Assembly: GCA_963703315.1 (NCBI GenBank)
Contig: OY969811.1
Location: forward strand, 224,001-288,000
Direction of reading: 5' to 3'
Origin: an uncultured cyanobacterium
GTDB taxonomy: Bacteria > Cyanobacteriota > Cyanobacteriia > Pseudanabaenales > Pseudanabaenaceae
Length of the DNA: 64,000 nucleotides
Of the stretch, positions 51,200 to 62,162 are shown one piece after another; the first letter of the stretch is position 1; the number at the start of each line of letters is the position of its first letter. The position numbers and the translations under genes were made by a program. Under the pieces are notes generated by a model that did no database searches, was not told the DNA's origin, and saw only the letters and a program-made list of their open reading frames with translations.

Positions 51200-51482
51200 C
51201 TCACCAATCTATACTAAGCAGGCACTTAGTAGCCAAAGTTTGGTAACCAAAGTACTTAGTAGTCAAAATTACTAGGATCTCAATTCAAATTTGCTACAAT
51301 ACTTGCTAACAATGATTTGAGATTGGTTACATTGGGTTGCGTTCTGGCACATACATCTTCATGATGACTCTCCGAGTATTCGGGCAGGTTGCAGAAAAAT
51401 CGCTCTTCCCTACAGTTTTTCCGTCTGCGATCTTGAGGTCTTCTCAGCCTGTCCCGTTTACATCTATGAGCTAAACTTACCA

Positions 51483-51716
51483 ATGTCTAATATTGACAAA
51501 GATAGCTTTTTAAACCCCAGAGCTAGTTACAGGGGTGAGTTTTCACCAGAAAACCTAGCGTTTGACGCTAACCTCCAAGAATTTACTAATCGCATTTCTA
51601 TAATTTGTGCTTTAGAGACTGGCGGTAAGATTTCACCCATCGAAGCCTATCAACAAATCAAGGATCTCTGGAATAAATTAGATATATCTAGGAAAAACCT
51701 TTTAGGTAATGACTAA
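51483..51716 (+). CDS. Conserved cyanobacterial small protein
   Basis: YRGEFSPENLAFDANLQEF...ALETGGKISP.EAY. Confidence 0.8.
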   Translation: MSNIDKDSFLNPRASYRGEFSPENLAFDANLQEFTNRISIICALETGGKISPIEAYQQIKDLWNKLDISRKNLLGND

Positions 51717-52048
51717 ATTTATCTTGAAATCCTTTCTCAGAGTGGAATGTCAACCCTTTGACATTCCTGTCATAGGTATAAATTCTCGAAAAGATTGTTT
51801 ACAATCTTTAACATAGGTTTATACTAGAAATAATTAACTTCATTTTGCTGACTTCTTCCATTGCATGACTATCCAAAGCAATCTAATTCTTTGGGAGCTG
51901 AAGTTTTCATAAAAAAGCTCTTTTTAAACCGCTTAAAATTTAGGGCAGAGATGTCCTTCGGCTTTGTTATTGATTGTTTATCGTATGCGATTGGCAGAAT
52001 AGGCGAACTGTTCGTAGAACAAATTTGCTGCAAATCTTAGGATCATCC

Positions 52049-53584
52049 ATGCCCTCATCTTTTATTTCTCTCGGTATTTCAGAAGCACGAGTTGCTAAGC
52101 TTGAAGCGATCGGCTTTACAGAGCCTACAGCTATTCAAGAGCAAGCAATTCCTCAACTACTCGCAGGAGCCGATGTACTCGGTCAAGCGCAGACTGGTAC
52201 TGGTAAAACTGCTGCCTTTGCGCTGCCAATTTTAGAGCGTTTAGATCTAAACGACGATTCTTTACAAGCGTTGATTTTGACCCCTACTCGCGAATTGGCG
52301 ATTCAAGTCGGACAAGCTCTACGCAGCTTTAATACCAAACCTGGCGCAAAAATTCTCACCGTATATGGTGGATCTGACATCAGTCGCCAAATGATTCAAT
52401 TGGAACGCGGTGTTCATGTCGTTGTCGGTACTCCCGGTCGTGTGATCGATTTGATGGAGCGCGGCAAGTTGAAACTAGACAAACTGGCTTGGTTTGTTTT
52501 AGACGAAGCTGATGAAATGCTCAATATGGGCTTCATTCAAGATGTCGAAAGAATTTTGATCACGACTCCTGCTACTAAGCAAAGCACCTTTTTCTCCGCA
52601 ACGATGCCTCCTGCGGTGAAGCGTTTGGTGAAGAACTTCTTGAAATCTCCTGTAACCGTCAAGGTCGAGACTCAAGATTCCACACCTACTCGCATTGATC
52701 AACAGATTTATCTAGTTCCTTATCACTTGACTAAGGAAGAAGCACTATTGCCCGTTTTGGAATTTGAAGCTCCAACTTCGGCAATTATCTTTGTGCGTAC
52801 TAAGGATTCGGCAAGCCGCCTCACGGAAATTCTGCAATCCTCTGGTCATAGTGTCGATGAGTATCACGGTAATCTTTCGCAGTCTCAACGCGAAAATCTA
52901 TTACGCCGTTTCCGTAATCAACAAGTACGTTGGGTTGTGGCGACTGACATTGCGGCGCGTGGTCTTGATATTGATGGTTTGACTCATGTGTTCAACCTCG
53001 ATATTCCTGATGATCCTGAGCGCTATGTTCACCGTATCGGACGCACTGGACGTGCTGGTAAGAAGGGAATTGCAATTACCTTGATTTCTGGAAAAGAGCG
53101 CTACAAGTTGCGCCAATTGGAACAACAAGTTGGTATGCCTCTTCCTCCGCAGCCTTTGCCTAATGTGGCTCAGATTCAAGAGCGTCGTATCGGTCGCTTT
53201 ACTGAACAAATTCTCGAAGCCTTGGCAGGTGAGCGTTTAGCTTCGTTCTTACCTTTGGTATCGCAGTTGGTTGAGGATTATGATCCTCAAGCGATCGCCG
53301 CCGCCGCTTTACAACTTGCTTATACTCAATTGCAATCTGAGAAAGCTGAACAAGCTGCACTACAAGTGTTGGCAAAACAACCTCACAGTCCTTCTGGTGG
53401 ACGCGATCGCGGCGATCGCGATGGTGGTTCCTACAACAGTGGTAGACCGATCAAGCGTGGTCAAAGCGGCTATCGCGGTGATGGCGGCGGTCGTTCAGGC
53501 GGTGGACGTGAGGGCGGATACGATTCCCGTCGTCCTACTCGTTCTGGCGATCGCGATCGCTCTTCGGCTCCTGTTAAGTACTAG
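52049..53584 (+). CDS. crhR: DEAD-box RNA helicase CrhR
   Basis: AQTGTGKT, PTRELA, DEAD, SAT, HRIGRTGRAG; CrhR-type ERLASFLPLV..L..YD..AIAAAALQ; RG-rich tail. Confidence 0.9.
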   Translation: MPSSFISLGISEARVAKLEAIGFTEPTAIQEQAIPQLLAGADVLGQAQTGTGKTAAFALPILERLDLNDDSLQALILTPTRELAIQVGQALRSFNTKPGAKILTVYGGSDISRQMIQLERGVHVVVGTPGRVIDLMERGKLKLDKLAWFVLDEADEMLNMGFIQDVERILITTPATKQSTFFSATMPPAVKRLVKNFLKSPVTVKVETQDSTPTRIDQQIYLVPYHLTKEEALLPVLEFEAPTSAIIFVRTKDSASRLTEILQSSGHSVDEYHGNLSQSQRENLLRRFRNQQVRWVVATDIAARGLDIDGLTHVFNLDIPDDPERYVHRIGRTGRAGKKGIAITLISGKERYKLRQLEQQVGMPLPPQPLPNVAQIQERRIGRFTEQILEALAGERLASFLPLVSQLVEDYDPQAIAAAALQLAYTQLQSEKAEQAALQVLAKQPHSPSGGRDRGDRDGGSYNSGRPIKRGQSGYRGDGGGRSGGGREGGYDSRRPTRSGDRDRSSAPVKY

Positions 53585-53792
53585 AAATCAAATAGAAGTA
53601 TTGCAAAGCAATGCTTCTATTTGGGAATCCAGTTCACCCGATCGCTTGATACCTCTAGTCTAAAATTTAAGAGATAATCTTACATAAGTAATCGCAGCCC
53701 AAGCTATTTACGAAATGTTCTTTTTATAAGAACGTTTTGTAAATGGCTTGGGTTCTCTACTTTATTGGTCATTTATTGGTCACATTAGGATC

Positions 53793-55055
53793 ATGCAGTC
53801 CTTAACTACTTTTTACAATCTTGATACACACCTCCGCAAAAATCTGACTGCGATTTTCTGGACTGGTTTATTTTTCTGGTCGAGCATGGCATCACAGTTG
53901 CCAACAATCCCTCTCTATATCCGCACTTTAACGCAGTCTTTCGACGAGATCGGCATAGTGATGGGTTCTTTTGCAATTGGCTTACTTGTTTGTCGTTCCT
54001 ATTTAGGTAGACTAGCGGATCGCAAAGGTAGACGATACACAATGAGAATTGGACTGATTGTTGCGGCGATCGTGCCGTTATGCTATGCCGCATTACCATC
54101 TATCCCTCTATTAATATTATTTCGCGCGATTCATGGAATTAGCATTGCTGCTTTTGCGGCAAGTTATAGTGCCTTAATTGCTGATCTTGCACCAGTTGAG
54201 AAACGTGGTGAAGTAATTGGCTATATGAGCTTAGTCAATCCTTTAGGCTTAGCTTTCGGTCCTGCGATTGGTGGTTTGATGTATGAAGCTTGGGGTTATC
54301 AACCGTTATTTGTATCGGCATCCTTGCTTGCTTTTGCGGGATTATTGCTGACTACACAGATTGAAACAGAAGGAAATATAGGCGATCGTCAAGCTTCTTC
54401 AAAAAATGCGGTAAAGCTAGGGTTTTGGAAAACTTTTCTGAACCCTAGAGTCAGAGTTCCTTCAACAATTCTATTGCTAGTGGGACTTTCCTTTGGAACA
54501 CTTAGCTCCTTTATGCCCTTGTTGATGCAGCAAAAGCATATTGCCCTAAATGCTGGTTTGTTCTATATGGCAGCCGCATTATCTGGATTTATTATTCGTT
54601 TCCCTGTGGCAAGACTCAGTGATGAATGGGGACGCGGTATTTTTATTTCAATGGGAACTTTCTTTTATGGATTGTCGATGGCAATCATTTATTTTGCAAA
54701 CCATGACTACGAGTTCTTGCTGTCAGGAATTGCGGAAGGTATTGGCTCAGGAATTGTCATTCCTGCGGTAGTGGCATTGCTTGCCGATCGCACTGTTCCT
54801 CAAGAGCGCGGCTATGTATTTGGGATGACGTGGATTGGCTTTGATGTGGGGATCGCGCTCGCGGGTCCAATTATGGGCAAGATGATTGGCTTGGTGGGAA
54901 TTACCAATATTTTTGCGATCGCTACAGGGCTTTGTATTTTAGGAATAGTTATTTTTGGTACGCAGTCTAACAAAAGTGTCTCTGCATCTTTTAAATTTGC
55001 ATTAGGGAAAACTAGCGATCGTTACGCTATTAATCCCGCGATTATTCATGCCTAA
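53793..55055 (+). CDS. MFS transporter
   Basis: GRLADRKGRR motif A, about 12 TM helices. Confidence 0.9.
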   Translation: MQSLTTFYNLDTHLRKNLTAIFWTGLFFWSSMASQLPTIPLYIRTLTQSFDEIGIVMGSFAIGLLVCRSYLGRLADRKGRRYTMRIGLIVAAIVPLCYAALPSIPLLILFRAIHGISIAAFAASYSALIADLAPVEKRGEVIGYMSLVNPLGLAFGPAIGGLMYEAWGYQPLFVSASLLAFAGLLLTTQIETEGNIGDRQASSKNAVKLGFWKTFLNPRVRVPSTILLLVGLSFGTLSSFMPLLMQQKHIALNAGLFYMAAALSGFIIRFPVARLSDEWGRGIFISMGTFFYGLSMAIIYFANHDYEFLLSGIAEGIGSGIVIPAVVALLADRTVPQERGYVFGMTWIGFDVGIALAGPIMGKMIGLVGITNIFAIATGLCILGIVIFGTQSNKSVSASFKFALGKTSDRYAINPAIIHA

Positions 55056-55096
55056 ATAAAAAGGGAAATGCTTTGCATTTCCCTTTTTATTTAGGT

Positions 55097-56582
<1,486 letters not shown>

Positions 56583-56693
56583 TTGAGATCATAGCATTGT
56601 CAAGCTAGTGCTTATAGGTAGAGATAAGCTGGGCTATAAAAATTAATTATTACAATAGGATTGGAGGTGCTTTGCGTCTCCAATCCTATTGGT

Positions 56694-57269
56694 TTAAGTG
56701 AAATCAATATTGTCGTAAAGATCGGCTATGTGAATTTGCAAATCTACAAACTTTAGAGAAATTGTTACTGAAGGGTCATCATATTCCGAAAATAGCCATT
56801 GATTTACCGCCGTTTTCGCATGATGCTCAACATGAACACGATACTGATCAATTAATAAATATTCTTGAAAAGCATCAATAGTGCGATAAGAAGCAAACTT
56901 TTCACTGCGATCGTAGTTTTGAGTTGATTTAGACAATACTTCCGCAATGAAGCAAGGATTAGTAATCGTATCTTTACGACGATCTTGCATTTCTAAAGGT
57001 TTAGGCGCAACCATCACATCAGGGTAAGTATGTATTTGGACACTAGGAATCCAAAGTCTCTGATCAGCAGAAAATAGACGAAAAGGTTTACCCCGTAAGC
57101 CAACTTTGATGATTGACAATAAATTTACAGCGATTTCTGTATGATTGGGTGTGCCGCCAGTCATTGGGATAATTTCTCCATTACGGTATTCGTTACGAAT
57201 TTCCGACACTATTTCTAGCTCTAGGTATTCGTCAACGCTGTAAGTTTTTTTTGCAAGTTGAGTAACCAT
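56694..57269 (-). CDS. Uma2-family endonuclease
   Basis: EYRNGEIIPMTGG, YPDVMV, IAEVLSKST, EYLLIDQ. Confidence 0.92.
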   Translation of the reverse strand: MVTQLAKKTYSVDEYLELEIVSEIRNEYRNGEIIPMTGGTPNHTEIAVNLLSIIKVGLRGKPFRLFSADQRLWIPSVQIHTYPDVMVAPKPLEMQDRRKDTITNPCFIAEVLSKSTQNYDRSEKFASYRTIDAFQEYLLIDQYRVHVEHHAKTAVNQWLFSEYDDPSVTISLKFVDLQIHIADLYDNIDFT

Positions 57270-57275
57270 GATGTT

Positions 57276-57812
57276 TTACCTGCGATCGCGTCCTGATGAA
57301 ATTTGTTTAAAGTAAGGCTTAGTGGATCTGAGGCATTCTTGCAATTCTGGCGATCGCTCTGTGCTGACATCACCATCTCGTTTATAGACCGATCCCTCAC
57401 GCACAAAGCGCCCCACCAATTTTCCGAAGGTAATCTGCTCTCTTTTGGCAGCATATTGCTGAATGGCAAGATTATTTACGCCTTGCAATGTATAGACTTC
57501 GTAATCAATGCCTGTCTGATAGCGAGGAATCTTGAGCTTGAGAGAAGCAATCATTGCGCCATTAGGGGAGGAGCCACTATAACAATAGCGATCACCGTCA
57601 TCTATAAGATTAGGATTAAGACTTGGCTGAGGATTAGTTTTGGGATTAGCCTGTTTAAAAATACTGATATAACGTGAACCACCACCCCAATAGATACCTT
57701 CTTCGAGAGCTTGGGCGGAGTTGACTGCAATAAAGTTAGGACTAAAAATAAGGGCGATCGCAGCTATACCGTACAAAAAAGTTTTCATATTTTTATTAAG
57801 AGGGCTATTCAA
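57276..57812 (-). CDS. Hypothetical secreted protein
   Basis: Signal peptide ending AQA, two Cys; overlaps Uma2 upstream region. Confidence 0.6.
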   Translation of the reverse strand: MNSPLNKNMKTFLYGIAAIALIFSPNFIAVNSAQALEEGIYWGGGSRYISIFKQANPKTNPQPSLNPNLIDDGDRYCYSGSSPNGAMIASLKLKIPRYQTGIDYEVYTLQGVNNLAIQQYAAKREQITFGKLVGRFVREGSVYKRDGDVSTERSPELQECLRSTKPYFKQISSGRDRR

Positions 57813-57848
57813 ATAAACATCTATAGGCGGCGCTTTGCGCCACCCGTG

Positions 57849-58460
57849 CTATTCAAAAATCTGAGATATTAGACAGGAAAACTCTGGCAAAAGTGGCGAT
57901 GTGAGAGTATCAGTTGCAAATAAAGTCATCGCTAATTTGAGAACACCATTTTCGCGGCGATAAACTTGAATTTGCTTGGCTCTCCAATCTGCAATCCAAT
58001 ATTCCAATACGCCCCTTGATGAATAAAGTTTAAGTTTTACTTCGCGATCGCGCCTTTCATTATCAGTTCCTGCCGATAGCACTTCGATCACTAGTTCAGG
58101 TGCACCACGAAAATGTCCCGTGTCATCGATTAAATCTGCATATTTCTCTTTACTCATCCAGATCACATCAGGAATGACATCATCATTGTCACCAAAGATT
58201 AATCCTGCCCCAATTACCGCATATCCTAATCCCGATACTTTTGACCAATTTTTCAGCTCATAATGAAAATTTCCACAGGTATCTTGATGTTTGTTATGGG
58301 GCGCTCTGGTCACAAAAAGTTCTCCATTAATAATTTCATAACGGTTGCCGTTTTCGGGCATGAGTTCTAGGTCAGCACTAGTCCAAAGAAGTTGTTCTTC
58401 TGGTTTAGAAATAGATGCTTCCGTGACGATTTCAGGGGTAGCAACGATCGCTTGAGTCAT
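57849..58460 (-). CDS. Uma2-family endonuclease
   Basis: RYEIINGEL, IPDVIW, PELVIEVLS, EYWIADW. Confidence 0.92.
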   Translation of the reverse strand: MTQAIVATPEIVTEASISKPEEQLLWTSADLELMPENGNRYEIINGELFVTRAPHNKHQDTCGNFHYELKNWSKVSGLGYAVIGAGLIFGDNDDVIPDVIWMSKEKYADLIDDTGHFRGAPELVIEVLSAGTDNERRDREVKLKLYSSRGVLEYWIADWRAKQIQVYRRENGVLKLAMTLFATDTLTSPLLPEFSCLISQIFE

Positions 58461-58516
58461 GATGGAGTCCTACGATGAGCGATATTGTAGATAGTATAGC
58501 AATTCGTCAGAATCAC

Positions 58517-58639
58517 AGATTAGAAGGATTATGGGATTGCACAGATTTTAATTTTTCGTAATCCATAGACTCATCCGCAGTACATAGCGCTGTAAAATCT
58601 GCTAATCTGCGAAATCCTTCAATCCATATAATCCGTGAT
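58517..58639. repeat. Inverted arrays of about 9-nt (..GATT / AATC..) units
   Basis: ATCACAGATT-AGAAGGATT-ATGGGATT-GCACAGATT versus AATCTGCT-AATCTGCGA-AATCCTTC-AATCCATAT-AATCCGTGAT. Confidence 0.6.
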
Positions 58640-58640
58640 C

Positions 58641-59207
58641 ATGATTAGTTTAGTAACAGGTGCAACTCGCTCTGGCAAAAGTGAATGGGCAGAACATCTA
58701 GCAATGCGATCGCAAAAAAATGTCATCTATATCGCCACAGCAACTCGTTATCCCGATGATGCCGAATGGGAAGCCCGTTTACAAAAACATAGCGATCGCC
58801 GTCCTGAAAGTTGGCAAACGTTGGAAGTTCCAATTGAATTATCGAAAAATATTTTAGAGATTAAGAGTGATTCCGCTTATATTCTGGTAGATTCTCTTGG
58901 TACTTGGTTAGCGAATCTTTTAGAGGAGAGTGAAGAGTCTTGGATGCAGATTGAGAATGAATTATTAGAAGCAATTCAAGTATGTGCGGTCGATATTACG
59001 TTTGTGTCTGAAGAAGTGGGCTGGGGACTTGTTCCAGAATATAAATTAGGCAGAATATTTCGCGATCGCCTTGGTGGTCTGAGTCGTAAAATTGGGGCGA
59101 TCGCGGATGCTGTCTATCTAGTTACTGGTGGATATGCCGTTAATCTCACGCAAATTGGGGAAAAACTGCCCTACAGCCCAAAACCTGATAAGGAACTCGC
59201 AATTTAG
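58641..59207 (+). CDS. cobU: Adenosylcobinamide kinase/guanylyltransferase
   Basis: GATRSGKS, YIATA, H..RRP..W, DSLGTW, EEVGWG, FRDRLG. Confidence 0.93.
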   Translation: MISLVTGATRSGKSEWAEHLAMRSQKNVIYIATATRYPDDAEWEARLQKHSDRRPESWQTLEVPIELSKNILEIKSDSAYILVDSLGTWLANLLEESEESWMQIENELLEAIQVCAVDITFVSEEVGWGLVPEYKLGRIFRDRLGGLSRKIGAIADAVYLVTGGYAVNLTQIGEKLPYSPKPDKELAI

Positions 59208-59253
59208 TTTTTTGGCGGTGCGGCGAAGCCGCACCGCCAAAAAACTAAATTGC
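59199..59253. repeat. 26-bp-arm perfect GC-GAA-GC palindrome overlapping the cobU stop
   Basis: GCAATTTAGTTTTTTGGCGGTGCGGC-GAA-GCCGCACCGCCAAAAAACTAAATTGC. Confidence 0.85.
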
Positions 59254-59257
59254 ACCG

Positions 59258-59635
59258 CTATTTTTTTGAATCAGTATAAGCTCGCCAACCACCATGAGCA
59301 GTAATTTCTACCTGTCCTTCACATAGAAATGGCTCACCTAAAACCCCTAAAACTTCCTGTCCATTAGCTAAAACAATTTTGCCAATACATAACCCAGCAG
59401 GTTCAGACAATAAAATTTCACCAAGGGCGGCGGGAGTGATTGACCAAATTTCTAAGGCGATCTCCTGTCCATTTTCAGAAACTCGTAACATAGCAGGATG
59501 ACGATCCGCGATCGACCACAGCCGATACATTGGCGCAGTTATATCTTCCCGAACAAATAGCGCTCCCACTTTTTGCAAATTACCATTTAACTCTAGTCCT
59601 CGCATTAAAGTACCGTTAACTGCAAAATCAATCAT
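59258..59635 (-). CDS. Stand-alone allophanate hydrolase C-terminal (GGCT-like) protein
   Basis: AVNGTLMRGL.LN, YRLWS, EPAGLCIG, ITAHGGWRAY. Confidence 0.75.
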   Translation of the reverse strand: MIDFAVNGTLMRGLELNGNLQKVGALFVREDITAPMYRLWSIADRHPAMLRVSENGQEIALEIWSITPAALGEILLSEPAGLCIGKIVLANGQEVLGVLGEPFLCEGQVEITAHGGWRAYTDSKK

Positions 59636-59922
59636 TTATGACTGCTCCCTTCATGTTCTGTTCACAATATTGCACAAAATTAGGCTAAATCCTAAAACCT
59701 GTGGCGCACGCGCAGCGTGCGCCACAGGTTTTAAATCTGGTTTCTAATTGTGTCGAGGTACTTAGTGAGAAATGTCAATGCGACAAATATCTATGTCTTG
59801 GAGGAGAAAATTTGCAGTAAGATAGACTGCTAGCCAAAATGTAAGCCAGTGTGAAATTGGTAATTGTAGGCGATCGCTATATTTTTATTAATTGCAAGTC
59901 AACATAATTAAGGCATATCAGT

Positions 59923-60498
59923 TTGTTAGGAGTAACCACCTTGGAAGTAGATCAGCTATTAGAACTATACAAGCATGGACAGCGTAACTTTTCTAATGTA
60001 GATCTTAGTAACGCTCAATTACGCAGTGTCGTCTTAATTGGTATTGATTTACGTGGCTCTACTTTGAACAAAGCTGATCTGAGTAGTGCTAATTTAATTG
60101 ATGCTAATTTAACAGGGGCGAATTTGATTGAGTCAAATCTTAGGGGTGCTTTGTTAAGAGGGGCAAATTTCTCGGATGCCGATTTAAGTTGGGCAAATTT
60201 AACTTGGTCAAATTCCTCTAACAGTAAATTTACTCGTTCTAATCTGAGTGTCACCAATTTCAGTGGTGCAAATTTGATTGAGGCAGATTTTACAGGAGCC
60301 GTTATGAAGGGTTCTAATCTGCGTGGTACAAATCTACGGGGTGCGATTTTCCAGAATTTACGCACTTGTGCTGACACAGAATTTTCGGGTGTGCGGAATT
60401 TAGATGAGCGCACTCGTCTATATCTTTGTACTCTCGCGAGTGGTACTCATCCCTTTACCAAAAATGACAGCCGCCAAACCTTAGGCTGCCCGATTTAA
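59923..60498 (+). CDS. Pentapeptide repeat protein
   Basis: LLELYKHGQRNF cap, ANL/ADL repeats. Confidence 0.88.
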   Translation: MLGVTTLEVDQLLELYKHGQRNFSNVDLSNAQLRSVVLIGIDLRGSTLNKADLSSANLIDANLTGANLIESNLRGALLRGANFSDADLSWANLTWSNSSNSKFTRSNLSVTNFSGANLIEADFTGAVMKGSNLRGTNLRGAIFQNLRTCADTEFSGVRNLDERTRLYLCTLASGTHPFTKNDSRQTLGCPI

Positions 60499-60541
60499 TA
60501 AATTTCTTGTAGCACTGCTTCGCTGCGCTACAAGAAATTTA

Positions 60542-61138
60542 TTAAGGTTCCTCTGTAACTTGCAGCAAATATGGAAAAGAGGCGTTTTCTTCGTAGGAAC
60601 CGACCCATACTTCATAGGTTCCTTCTAGCCAGTCGCCACTGATCTCTGGGTTGCGATCGCTAACATCATCACTACACCAACTGCCTCCAGGTCCCCGCAC
60701 TAGGAGAATCGTATCGCCAGAACTTTTAACTTGTAGTTTTAAAAATCGAAATGCTTTGGTGAGTGTGATTTTGTGATCAGGGACGGCATCTACAAAACCA
60801 ATACATTCGCCTGTTTCTGTAACCTTACGTTTTGAGTTTGTCTGAGTTTCGACACCACCACCACTAATTCCCCTGAGTTCAAGTACTTTTGGTGCAAAGT
60901 TAGGCGCGATCGCGATATCTTCAAACATTTTCACAACACTAGCTTTTTTACCCGAAGAAATTTCTGGTTTCTCTAGTGTTGCTGGCTGTGTGGTAGGGCG
61001 CTCAATTTCTATAGTCGTGGTTTTACCTTGCGGAGTTTTACCTTGCGTGGTTTGCGATCGCACGGGTATAGCCACAGCTAACATCGTGGTGGTCATAGCT
61101 GCAAGGGTAATTAGCGATCGCGCGGCAAATTTTCTCAT
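60542..61138 (-). CDS. Exported hypothetical protein (PPC-like beta domain)
   Basis: Signal peptide, CIGF...PDH, DTILLVRGPGGSWCSDD, GTYEVWVGSY. Confidence 0.7.
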   Translation of the reverse strand: MRKFAARSLITLAAMTTTMLAVAIPVRSQTTQGKTPQGKTTTIEIERPTTQPATLEKPEISSGKKASVVKMFEDIAIAPNFAPKVLELRGISGGGVETQTNSKRKVTETGECIGFVDAVPDHKITLTKAFRFLKLQVKSSGDTILLVRGPGGSWCSDDVSDRNPEISGDWLEGTYEVWVGSYEENASFPYLLQVTEEP

Positions 61139-61191
61139 GACACAAATATATTGGCTCTAAGACATAAATTTTAGCATTCTGTCCCAAAAAA

Positions 61192-61839
61192 CTATTCGCT
61201 TTCAGGCTCTGCTTCGTAAATTGGTTGATATAAGTTGAGTCGATCTCTAATATCTTTGGCTAATTGATCGAAAGTTATACAAATCACCTTTCGAGAATCA
61301 ACTACAACTTTATTCAAACGCCACTTCAATCTGCTTTTATCAAGTTCTGTCAAGAACTTATCTCTGCCAATAACGATAATTCCGTAGATTTCTATATTAC
61401 TGTTACCAAAAATGTTTCGTGCCGAATCAGTGTTTTTAAGATCATCAATTTTCCAAAACCAATCAACAATTTGGCTAAAACCATGTTCAAATCTTGGCGA
61501 CCATTCTGATGTGCTTTTTCCTTTTTTGCTTGTAAAAATACTGCTTTTAGTGGCATCCTCAAATTCGATAAAGCAATAAGTATGATGTGTAGAATCTCCA
61601 ACAATTAAATCTGCACGAAAATCGCCAAAAAATGAAAACTCATGCTTAATACGATCAAATGTGATCATGCTGGGAGCGTAATAGGCAATGAATGCTGACA
61701 GATGCAATCTTGACTTAAAAAATGGCAATATGTCTTTAGTTTCAGATAGTTCTTCCTTTGCAATGAGTAAATCTTCAAACTCTTGAAGTTCAGCAAAACA
61801 CTGACTAATATCTAATTTAAATGAATCTATTTTTGTCAT
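61192..61839 (-). CDS. Shedu (SduA/DUF4263) nuclease-domain protein
   Basis: EFSFFGDFRADLIVG, FIEFEDA, FEHGFSQIVDW, IIVIGR, ITFDQL. Confidence 0.8.
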   Translation of the reverse strand: MTKIDSFKLDISQCFAELQEFEDLLIAKEELSETKDILPFFKSRLHLSAFIAYYAPSMITFDRIKHEFSFFGDFRADLIVGDSTHHTYCFIEFEDATKSSIFTSKKGKSTSEWSPRFEHGFSQIVDWFWKIDDLKNTDSARNIFGNSNIEIYGIIVIGRDKFLTELDKSRLKWRLNKVVVDSRKVICITFDQLAKDIRDRLNLYQPIYEAEPESE

Positions 61840-62162
61840 TAATGATTTTTTGAATCCCCAAACAGAAATTCAAGACGACTACGACTAACTACATCCACAA
61901 TAGTGATCTCTCTATCTTGTGATTTGAACACAATTCGATAATCACCTATTCCTCTAGCGACAAAATGGTTGGGGACAGAAGGATTAAGTTTATAGATCTT
62001 AGCTTTGGTGCAAACAGGGAAATCTTCTAAGCATTTGACTGTATTGATGATTTGCTCTTTATCTTTACTTGGCAAAAAGTCAATGGCAATTCGAGCCTTA
62101 TCCAGAAAGATAATACGATTTTTCTGAGATTGGGGATTATTGATTTTAAGACTTGAGTTCAT
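61839..62162 (-). CDS. RelE/ParE-like toxin-fold protein
   Basis: 107 aa; IIFLDKAR...LP.KDKEQI...IYKL...FVAR..DYRIVF...ITIVDVVSR. Confidence 0.6.
   Translation of the reverse strand: MNSSLKINNPQSQKNRIIFLDKARIAIDFLPSKDKEQIINTVKCLEDFPVCTKAKIYKLNPSVPNHFVARGIGDYRIVFKSQDREITIVDVVSRSRLEFLFGDSKNH

Noticed and set aside
51200..51280. Short degenerate repeats (TAG.CAAAG) after rpsT
   Set aside because: Too irregular to define a unit; no spacers
51280..51483. 67-aa minus-strand ORF
   Set aside because: TTG start overlapping the next gene's start, atypical composition, no motif
51974..52048. TTG-start extension of crhR
   Set aside because: ATG 52049 gives the typical DEAD-box N-terminus (SFISLGIS)
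59636..59920. Guanidine riboswitch upstream of the allophanate-hydrolase-like gene
   Set aside because: No riboswitch consensus recognised; the only structure is a GC-GCA-GC family palindrome
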